A stretch of DNA of 11,139 nt from Promethearchaeota archaeon (GTDB taxonomy: Archaea; Asgardarchaeota; Lokiarchaeia; Sigyniarchaeales; SOKP01): NCBI GenBank assembly GCA_016839745.1, contig JAEOTS010000136.1, forward strand, positions 1 through 11,139, given 5' to 3'. Shown here piece by piece: positions 1 to 6,862 of this stretch (positions are counted from its first letter, which is position 1; every line of letters starts with the position of its first letter). The position numbers and the translations under genes were made by a program. The notes under the pieces were generated by a model. It ran no database searches, was not told where the DNA came from, and was given only the letters and a program-made list of their open reading frames with translations.

Positions 1-234
1 AATTTATTCAGTTCCTTGAAAAACCAGAGCATTGCTTTAGGTAAAGGTCCAGATTATGTAATTGAACAAGCCAAAACCGTTTTTAACCACGCGAAAGCTA
101 TACCATCTCAGCCAGCTATCGAACGTAGGCGTCAAGAATTAGGGTTACCCCCTGTTTCAGAACCAAATATAAGTGAGATACAAACTTTACTGAAAAATTT
201 AGGGATTATGGACAAAAATGAATTAAGGACATAG
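1..234 (+). CDS. 3' end of an unidentified protein (5'-truncated by the window)
   Basis: Frame is open from base 1 (NLFSSLKNQSIALGKG...ERRRQELGLPPVSEP...ELRT*) to TAG 232-234, so TTG 16 is probably not the real start. No family recognised. Confidence 0.6.
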   Translation, partial: NLFSSLKNQSIALGKGPDYVIEQAKTVFNHAKAIPSQPAIERRRQELGLPPVSEPNISEIQTLLKNLGIMDKNELRT

Positions 235-303
235 CTAACTAAAATCCATCTGTTAAAAGAATAAGAATAACTAGCGTAAGGATTGATAGTTCATATCACT
301 CAT

Positions 304-322
304 ATTTTTTCTTGTTTTCTTT
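304..322 (+). terminator. Candidate archaeal oligo(T) terminator after the upstream gene
   Basis: T-rich tract (attttttcttgttttcttt) about 70 nt downstream of the stop. Archaeal intrinsic termination occurs at U-tracts, but the region is AT-rich overall. Confidence 0.35.
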
Positions 323-464
323 ATAGGATTTTCATCTGTATTTTCAGATACAAATTACAAGAAAGGTTATAGTTTATTTAGACAAAATATAAATTTTATT
401 GATAATTTGATTATTAAAATAGCAAAAAAATAATACATAATAAAAATTAATTAAAAATTCTATT

Positions 465-470
465 AGGAGA
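465..470 (+). promoter_or_regulatory. Shine-Dalgarno site for psmA
   Basis: AGGAGA, 5 nt before ATG 476. Confidence 0.6.
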
Positions 471-475
471 AAATT

Positions 476-1192
476 ATGTTCCAGCAAGCAGGAAGGGGCT
501 ACGATATGGCTATAACTCAGTTTTCACCTGAGGGTCGTCTTTTTCAGGTTGAATACGCTATAGAAGCCGTGAGAAGAGGAACAACGGCTATTGTTTGTAG
601 AAATAGTAACTCTGTTGTGTTTACTGTTGAGAAAAAAAGTTCAGAACTTCAAGAAGTTATTGGTTCTGAGAAAATTTTTAAAGTTGACGACCATATTGGC
701 GTAGCCATTGCAGGGTTAACAGCAGACGCAAGAGTCTTAGTTGATAAAGCTCGCGTCCAAGCACAGGTTAATATTTTAAATTATGATGAAAAAATTTCTG
801 TTAAAGATAGTACCCTTAATATTTGCGAATATCTTCAGCTTTTCACTCAGAATGCTGGGGTACGCCCTTTTGGGGTGAGCTTCCTTATAGCTGGAGTTGA
901 TACCAATGGAGAAGCTTCCTTGTATCTGACGGATCCAAGTGGAGCTATGTGGGGGTATAAAGCTTTTGCGATTGGGTCAGGAGCGACTGAAGCAAGAGCT
1001 TACCTTGAAGAAAATTATAAAGAAGATATAAATGATGAGGAATTAAAGTTATTACCATTAAGAACTTTAAAGGAATTAATGGGTGATAATTTAAGTAAGG
1101 ATACATGTGATGTAGCTTTCATTATGAAAGACGATGCAAAATTTAAATTATTAAGTGATCAAGAAAAGGAAGATTTATTGGCCAAATTATAA
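476..1192 (+). CDS. psmA: 20S proteasome subunit alpha
   Basis: Alpha signature GYDxAITxFSPEGRLFQVEYA; EKIFKVDDHIG, GLTADAR, RPFGVSFLIAG, TDPSG and AIGSG motifs; 238 aa. Confidence 0.98.
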   Translation: MFQQAGRGYDMAITQFSPEGRLFQVEYAIEAVRRGTTAIVCRNSNSVVFTVEKKSSELQEVIGSEKIFKVDDHIGVAIAGLTADARVLVDKARVQAQVNILNYDEKISVKDSTLNICEYLQLFTQNAGVRPFGVSFLIAGVDTNGEASLYLTDPSGAMWGYKAFAIGSGATEARAYLEENYKEDINDEELKLLPLRTLKELMGDNLSKDTCDVAFIMKDDAKFKLLSDQEKEDLLAKL

Positions 1193-1270
1193 TCTTCTAA
1201 AAATATTTATAATTCAAGGTTAAACCTCATTAACGTTTATCTAATAATAGAAGGCAAAATGCGTAAACAA

Positions 1271-1288
1271 GCGAGAAATTTTTATACA
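1271..1288 (+). promoter_or_regulatory. Candidate BRE+TATA promoter for a leaderless or near-leaderless SBDS transcript
   Basis: gcgagaaa followed by TTTTTATA (1279-1286), centred about 26-27 nt upstream of ATG 1309. No SD precedes that ATG. Confidence 0.5.
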
Positions 1289-1308
1289 CTCATTAGAGAA
1301 AAGTTTCT

Positions 1309-2100
1309 ATGATAGATAGAGCAAGAATTGATTTGGGTGGATTCATCATTGGACGCATTGAAAAAGAAGGTCGAACATTTGAGATGCTTTTAGCACCAGA
1401 TAAAGCGTGGGAAGCAAAGAAAATAGTACGAGATGAAATCAATAAGCGTCTTGTAGAGGGAAAGGAAAAATCTCGCATTTCTGTTGAGGAACTTTTAAAA
1501 AATCCTAAAATCTCGATAGAATTAATTTTTGAAAGTTTTATTGTATTTGAGGATTTGAGAAGAGGAAAAAAAGCTACCGATGGTGATATGGAAGCTGTTT
1601 TTGATACCAGTGAAGGAAGAATCATTGCGTGTCACATTTTATTAGATGGAGATATTCAATGGACTCGAACGCAAAGAGATGAAGAGAGAGAGAAAAAATT
1701 AAAGCAAATTATAACTATTATTACAAAAAATGCGATAAATCCTCAAAATAAAAAACCACACCCTTATCAGAGAATAGAAAAAGCTATAGAAGAAGCTAAA
1801 GTTAAAGTTGACTTAATGAGAAATGCGGAAGAACAAGTTGACGATGTCATTAAACAAATACGAGCAATAATACCTATTAGAATGGAACAGGTAGAGCTAG
1901 CGCTAAAAATACCTTCAGACTTTACGGCGAAAGGTTATAATGTTGTAGCACAATTAGCACAAATAAAAAAAGAGGAGTGGCAATCGGACGGATCGTGGGT
2001 ATCAGTAGTAAGTTTACCAGCAGGTTTGCAAATGGAATTAATAGATAAATTGAATAAGTTAACTCATGGAAGAGTTCAAACAAAACTTATGAAATCATAA
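1309..2100 (+). CDS. sdo1: Ribosome maturation factor SBDS/Sdo1 homolog
   Basis: GRTFE..PDKA, FEDLRRGKKA, GDIQWT, NAINPQ..PHP..RIEKAIEEA, IPIR, KEEWQSDGSW and PAGLQ motifs; canonical position between psmA and rrp4. Confidence 0.96.
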   Translation: MIDRARIDLGGFIIGRIEKEGRTFEMLLAPDKAWEAKKIVRDEINKRLVEGKEKSRISVEELLKNPKISIELIFESFIVFEDLRRGKKATDGDMEAVFDTSEGRIIACHILLDGDIQWTRTQRDEEREKKLKQIITIITKNAINPQNKKPHPYQRIEKAIEEAKVKVDLMRNAEEQVDDVIKQIRAIIPIRMEQVELALKIPSDFTAKGYNVVAQLAQIKKEEWQSDGSWVSVVSLPAGLQMELIDKLNKLTHGRVQTKLMKS

Positions 2101-2192
2101 CCAGAAAATATTTAACTAATTTTTGTTATCGGTTATTTTTATAGAGCTATGGTTAAGTAAATATATAAATTATAAGATGAGAGTGAAAATAA

Positions 2193-3002
2193 ATGGAACA
2201 TGAACAAGATGAATCTATTGAAGATTCTACAACAGAAAATAACGAAACGGAGGACATCGACGAATTTGAAGATGATAATGCTTCCCGCGATGTTGTAGTC
2301 CCTGGCGAAGTATTAACAGAAGATACGAAAAATTTTCTTCCTGGAAGGGGAACAATTTTTAATAAAGATAGAACAAAAATAATATCTTTAAATATTGGTC
2401 TGAAGCAGATTCAAAGAAATTATATTAATGTTATTCCACTTAGGGGATTCTATACACCTAGACCAGGAGATAAAATCATCGCATTGGTTACTGACAAAAA
2501 TCCAGTCAAATATAGATGCGATATTAACGCGAAAGAAGAAGGAATTTTAAAGCCGAAAAACACTGTAAAAAGAGGGAAACCAAGAGGATATAGAGGCGGA
2601 GCTCCAGATAATCAAGATAATTCAACTGAGAAGTATGATATTGGAGATATATTAATTGTAAAAGTACTTTCAGCAGATAGGCTAAATTCACCAGAACTAA
2701 CTACAGTAGGTAAATATTTAGGTAAACGAAGAGATGGATTGGTAATCTCAATTGATCCTCCAAAAATACCCCGAGTGATTGGACGTAGTGGTTCTATGAT
2801 TAAAATGTTAAAGAATTTGACTAATTGCAATATTTTTGTAACTCAGAATGGTCGTATATGGTTAAAAGGTGATGATATAGCCCATGAAAGGTTATTAATT
2901 GATGCGGTAAAGAAAATTGAAAAAGAAGCCCATACAGTTGGGTTAACAGACCGAATGTCTGAATATATTGAAAATGAAAAAAAGAAAAGAGGAATAAATT
3001 AA
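2193..3002 (+). CDS. rrp4: Exosome RNA-binding cap subunit Rrp4 (N-terminal, S1 and KH domains)
   Basis: VVVPGE, VIPLRGFYTPRPGD, DIGD (S1), PRVIGRSGSMI (KH GxxG), QNGRIW, EAHTVGLTDR; SD-like GAGTGA upstream. Confidence 0.96.
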   Translation: MEHEQDESIEDSTTENNETEDIDEFEDDNASRDVVVPGEVLTEDTKNFLPGRGTIFNKDRTKIISLNIGLKQIQRNYINVIPLRGFYTPRPGDKIIALVTDKNPVKYRCDINAKEEGILKPKNTVKRGKPRGYRGGAPDNQDNSTEKYDIGDILIVKVLSADRLNSPELTTVGKYLGKRRDGLVISIDPPKIPRVIGRSGSMIKMLKNLTNCNIFVTQNGRIWLKGDDIAHERLLIDAVKKIEKEAHTVGLTDRMSEYIENEKKKRGIN

Positions 3003-3767
3003 ATGCCCTTAATTATTAAAGACGAGTATCCTGAAAAGTTATTTCGTGAAGACGGTAAGAGACTTGATGGTCGAGATAAACATGAATTAAGACCTATAAA
3101 AATGGAAGTAGGAGTTTTAGAAAATGCCGATGGTTCGGCGTATTTAGAATGGGGCAACAACAAGATTTACGCTGCCGTTTATGGTCCTAGAGAAGTCCAT
3201 CCTCACCATTTAGCAAAGCCCGATAGAGGCATTCTAAGGGTTTTTTATAGAATGGCGACTTTTTCTGTATTTGATAGAAAACGTCCTGCTCCCGGTCGTA
3301 GGGAAAAAGAAATATCTATGGTTATAACTGATTGCTTAGAACCAGTTTTATTCCTAGAACTTTATCCCGGAACTTCCTTTGAAGTATTTATTAATGTGAT
3401 GGATGCTGATGGTGGAACACGATGTGCTTGTACCACAGTGGCTGCTTTAGCGCTTGCAGATGCAGGCGTTCCAATGAGGAGCTTAGTAACCGCCGTAGCA
3501 ATGGGAAAAATCGATGGAGAATTGATAACTGATCTGTCAGGAATAGAAGATAAAGCTGGTGAAGCTGATTTACCCTGTGCTATGACATGGTTTAACGAGG
3601 AAATGTCGTTACTTCAATTCGATGGGAAAATGGATTTAAAAGAGTTTAGCGAAGCTTTAACTTTAGCTAAAGACGCTCTTACAAAGATACATGAAATTCA
3701 ACTCAACACGCTAAAAAAGAAGTATATTGAAATTCAAGAAGAAATTAAAGGAGGAGAGAAGGAATAA
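3003..3767 (+). CDS. rrp41: Exosome catalytic RNase PH subunit Rrp41
   Basis: RLDGR..ELRPI, NADGSAYLEWG, VYGPREVHP, YRMATFS, RREKEIS, ADGGTR phosphate-binding loop and EDKAGEADLP acidic active-site segment; starts immediately after the rrp4 stop. Confidence 0.97.
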   Translation: MPLIIKDEYPEKLFREDGKRLDGRDKHELRPIKMEVGVLENADGSAYLEWGNNKIYAAVYGPREVHPHHLAKPDRGILRVFYRMATFSVFDRKRPAPGRREKEISMVITDCLEPVLFLELYPGTSFEVFINVMDADGGTRCACTTVAALALADAGVPMRSLVTAVAMGKIDGELITDLSGIEDKAGEADLPCAMTWFNEEMSLLQFDGKMDLKEFSEALTLAKDALTKIHEIQLNTLKKKYIEIQEEIKGGEKE

Positions 3768-4591
3768 TGATGAATATTAAACGAGTGATTTCAACAATAG
3801 AAAAGAATTATATTCTTTCTAATTTAAAAAAAGGAGAAAGAATTGATGGAAGAGGTCTTTGGGAATACAGAAATTGGAAAGTGAAAAGTGATGTCATTGC
3901 CTCAGCAGAAGGTTCTGCTGAAGTAACTTTAGGAGAGACAAAAGTAATTACCGGATTGAAGTACGAAGTGGGCGCACCATTTCCCGATCTACCAAATGAA
4001 GGCGTTTGTACATTTATGGCAGAATTATTACCTTTAGCATCTCCCCTATTTGAAAGAGGCCCTCCAGATGAACAATCAATAGAACTCGCGCGTGTAGTTG
4101 ATAGAGGAATTCGGCATGCAGATTGCGTCCAAACTAAGAAATTATGCATAAAGGAAAAAGAAGCAGTGTATATTTTGTTCGTAGATATATATGTGATTAA
4201 TTATTCTGGAAATTTAATTGATGCAGGGGGTGTAAGTGCTTTAACCACATTAATTTCAAGCCAGATTCCAGAAGGAAAATGGGTGGATGGAAATGTTGAA
4301 TGGACAGGCAAATATTTGACTGGAGAAACTATTGTAAATGAATTACCTGTGGTGATCACCTATGGAAAAATTGGCGATATCATCTTCTTGGACCCTAGTT
4401 TACCAGAAGAATTAGTTTGTGATGGAAAAATCTCAATTTCGGTAACAGAAAACAAAATAACATCCATTCAAAAAAGCGGTTATGCTACGTTTTCTATAGA
4501 AGACATAGAAATGCTGAGTAAAAAATCCATGGAAATAGGCACCAAAGTTAAGAAAGAATTAAACCTTTGGCAATATAAACTCGATAAATAA
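3767..4591 (+). CDS. rrp42: Exosome RNase PH-like subunit Rrp42
   Basis: RIDGR, AEGSAEVTLGET, PFPDLPNEG, ELLPLASP.FE.GPPDE, ELARVVDRGIR, GNLIDA, IQKSG; TAATG overlap with rrp41. Confidence 0.97.
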   Translation: MMNIKRVISTIEKNYILSNLKKGERIDGRGLWEYRNWKVKSDVIASAEGSAEVTLGETKVITGLKYEVGAPFPDLPNEGVCTFMAELLPLASPLFERGPPDEQSIELARVVDRGIRHADCVQTKKLCIKEKEAVYILFVDIYVINYSGNLIDAGGVSALTTLISSQIPEGKWVDGNVEWTGKYLTGETIVNELPVVITYGKIGDIIFLDPSLPEELVCDGKISISVTENKITSIQKSGYATFSIEDIEMLSKKSMEIGTKVKKELNLWQYKLDK

Positions 4592-4594
4592 CAC

Positions 4595-4630
4595 TTTTAT
4601 TTAATTATATTTTTTAAAATTTTATTTTTA
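4595..4630 (+). terminator. Candidate oligo(T) terminator region after rrp42
   Basis: Several T4-T6 runs directly after the stop, at the start of a 222-nt intergenic gap. Confidence 0.35.
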
Positions 4631-4813
4631 ATTAATTTAAATTGATGATTAGTAGTTATACTTTTAAATTTAATTAGCTTTTTAATAGCTTAGGAATAAT
4701 ATCCCCAAATGGCTAGTAGGTTTATAATAATCTATTTTTCTTATTTGGAAAAATTTAAAGTTTATACTAGTTTTTATTTAAACACAGTATATTAAAAGAA
4801 CTAAGTGATCTTT

Positions 4814-5104
4814 ATGGGTAAAACGAAAAAAACTGGGATTTCCGCGACCTTTGGGCCTCGTTACGGAGCCAATGTAAGGAAGAAGTGGCGACTTATAATG
4901 GAAAATCAGAAAGGTGGCAAATTAAAATGTCCACGATGCGAAACGAAAGGATCTATTAATAGAATCTCCACAGGTATATGGTATTGTAAGAAGTGTAATG
5001 CAAAGTTTACTGGAGGTGCTTATAATACCCAAACACCTCGTGGTGCGGAATCTTTTAGAATAGCGAAGCGAAAACAGCGAGAACTCGAGACCATTGAAGA
5101 ATAA
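4814..5104 (+). CDS. rpl37ae: 50S ribosomal protein L37Ae (eL43)
   Basis: MGKTKK.G...FGPRYG, C4 zinc ribbon CPRC...CKKC, TGIWYC, FTGGAY. ATG 4814 preferred over GTG 4805 because AGTGATC (4804-4810) resembles the archaeal SD GGTGATC and MGKTKK is the family N-terminus. Confidence 0.96.
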   Translation: MGKTKKTGISATFGPRYGANVRKKWRLIMENQKGGKLKCPRCETKGSINRISTGIWYCKKCNAKFTGGAYNTQTPRGAESFRIAKRKQRELETIEE

Positions 5105-5373
5105 TGAACAATGATAATTCTTATAAAATTAAATCTACTCTTGAAATTCAATTTAAAAATTCTAATTTATGTGATATTTCCTATAACTCTTTTTTACCAG
5201 AATTTAATATTCAAAAGTCAAAAAGATCCACAATTTCTTTACAAAAAGAAGAAAAATCTTTAGTTTTTATGATTGAAAGTAATGATATCACTGCTTTCAG
5301 GGCAAGTATCAATGAAATCATAAGTTTTGGAAGAACTATTGACGGAGTATTGAAAATTATTGAGAAATCGTAA
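5104..5373 (+). CDS. pcc1: KEOPS complex subunit Pcc1-like
   Basis: 89 aa; LEIQF...LPE...KRS...IESNDITAFRASIN matches the Pcc1 pattern (D.TALRAA.N); usual position just upstream of prefoldin beta; TAATG overlap with rpl37ae. Confidence 0.85.
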   Translation: MNNDNSYKIKSTLEIQFKNSNLCDISYNSFLPEFNIQKSKRSTISLQKEEKSLVFMIESNDITAFRASINEIISFGRTIDGVLKIIEKS

Positions 5374-5452
5374 AATTGCATGAGCAATATTATTCGTAAA
5401 TTTCATATTTTAAAATACATTTGTAATCATAAAAATTATTATGTGAATATCG

Positions 5453-5809
5453 TTGACAATTAATTTAGACCAATTAGATGAAGAAACAAAAAAGAAATTT
5501 CAAAATTTAACTCAGTTAGGACAATCTCTAGAGCTCCTTACCCAACAGAAGCTTCAAATTGATAGTACTATAAGAGAAACAGAATTAGCATTAGAAGAAT
5601 TGGAGAAGGCTAGTCCTGATACAGTAGTATATAAGCAGATTGGCGGAATTTTGGTTAAAAGCGAAAGAAACAAACTTTTAGACGAGAAAAAATCTGATAA
5701 AGAAACTTTAAATATGCGATCTACCACGCTTACTCAAAAAATTGAAAGAACTAAGAGCACATTTGAGAATATGCAAAAATCTCTTCAAGCTGATCTCCAA
5801 AATCAATAA
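5453..5809 (+). CDS. pfdB: Prefoldin beta subunit
   Basis: Two coiled-coil arms flanking ALEELE...VYKQIGGILVKS hairpin; 118 aa; TTG start bounded by an in-frame TGA at 5444-5446. Confidence 0.93.
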   Translation: MTINLDQLDEETKKKFQNLTQLGQSLELLTQQKLQIDSTIRETELALEELEKASPDTVVYKQIGGILVKSERNKLLDEKKSDKETLNMRSTTLTQKIERTKSTFENMQKSLQADLQNQ

Positions 5810-5825
5810 TTCATATGAAAGTTTT

Positions 5826-6821
5826 ATGTTTACATCAAAAAAAGATGATTTGTTAAAATACTTAAAAGGAAAAAATCTTTTAATTACATCTCACGATTTG
5901 GTTGATCTTGACGGATTTAGCTCTGGTTTGAGTTTAAAATTCTTTTTTGAAAATTTTTTTTCAAATCAAAATATAGATTTGATATTTTCAGAACAATCTA
6001 AACAGACTAAAAGCTTTTTAAAAAAATTTACCCAGAAATTTCCTAACTTTAAACTATCCTTTCATACAAATAAAGAGTTCTTAAATGCTGATGTTATCAT
6101 AATAGTTGACTCCAATAATCTAGACCAAATAGAGCTATTTAATAACAGAGATTTGAATACTCCTTATATATTCATAGATCATCATGTAAATTTACAAAAA
6201 AATTATCCAAATAATATTTCCTCACTTAATTTGATTTTTGATAACTACTCTTCTACATCAGAGATGGTGTTAAAGTTCTTTGACGATTACAACATAAAGC
6301 TTCCAATACCATACAAATATCTTCTGGTATCAGCAATATTAACCGATTCTGGGTTTCTCAAGTATGGAAGTACCGAAACTATAAGAAATTTAAATTCCCT
6401 CTTACAGGATCAAGTAGAAATTCAAGATGTATTACCATTATTAGAAAGAGAAAAAGAAGTCTCAGAAAAAATTGCACGAATTAAAGCACTTCAAAGAGTT
6501 AAATTAATTCGAATAAAAGATTGGTTAATTGGAGTATCATATCTTAGTAGCTTTAGCGCTTCCGCTGCTTCACTCTTAACAAAAGTGGGTTTTGACATTG
6601 GAATTGTTGTATCTGAAGATAAATCTGATTATAGAATCACAACTCGAGCAAAAAAACAAGTTTGTCTAAAAACAGGCTTACATCTCGGGAAAATTATTAG
6701 TGAAATAAATAATGTGAATGGTGGTGGACATGATGGTGCTGCTACTTTAAATGGTAAGAATGATGTAGAAGAAATTCTCAATCAATTAATCGATAAAATA
6801 AAAGAAACTTTAATTAATTAA
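5826..6821 (+). CDS. DHH/DHHA1 family phosphoesterase (NrnA-like)
   Basis: Motifs HDLVDLDG, IIVD, IDHH, ILTDSG and C-terminal GGGHDGAA. ATG 5826 preferred over 5742, which would overlap pfdB by 68 nt. Confidence 0.9.
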   Translation: MFTSKKDDLLKYLKGKNLLITSHDLVDLDGFSSGLSLKFFFENFFSNQNIDLIFSEQSKQTKSFLKKFTQKFPNFKLSFHTNKEFLNADVIIIVDSNNLDQIELFNNRDLNTPYIFIDHHVNLQKNYPNNISSLNLIFDNYSSTSEMVLKFFDDYNIKLPIPYKYLLVSAILTDSGFLKYGSTETIRNLNSLLQDQVEIQDVLPLLEREKEVSEKIARIKALQRVKLIRIKDWLIGVSYLSSFSASAASLLTKVGFDIGIVVSEDKSDYRITTRAKKQVCLKTGLHLGKIISEINNVNGGGHDGAATLNGKNDVEEILNQLIDKIKETLIN

Positions 6822-6827
6822 CTATCC

Positions 6828-6834
6828 TTATAAA
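6828..6834 (+). promoter_or_regulatory. Possible TATA box for the ECF genes
   Basis: TTATAAA about 30 nt upstream of ATG 6863, with no SD. BRE is poor, so this is weak. Confidence 0.25.
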
Positions 6835-6862
6835 CTAAAAAGAAATATGGATATCCCATTTC

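Noticed and set aside
1293-1625. 110-aa minus-strand ORF
   Set aside because: Antisense shadow of SBDS with S/F/I-rich composition and no motifs.
2097-2140. ATAACC...GGTTAT stem followed by a T-run after SBDS
   Set aside because: Only a 6-bp AT-rich stem with a large loop; too weak to call a terminator hairpin.
2612-2830. 72-aa minus-strand ORF
   Set aside because: Antisense shadow inside rrp4.
3808-4149. 113-aa minus-strand ORF
   Set aside because: Antisense shadow inside rrp42.
4641-4700. TGATGA resembling box C of a C/D guide RNA
   Set aside because: No box D (CTGA) at a suitable distance.
5380-5463. 27-codon ORF (MSNIIRKFH...) and short palindromes (ATTGC-atga-GCAAT, TATTTTAAAATA) between pcc1 and pfdB
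   Set aside because: No SD, out-of-frame overlap with pfdB and no RpoP-like CxxC pairs; such palindromes are expected by chance at this AT content.
5742-5825. N-terminal extension of the DHH ORF given in the ORF track
   Set aside because: Overlaps pfdB by 68 nt; ATG 5826 gives a normal distance to the first motif.
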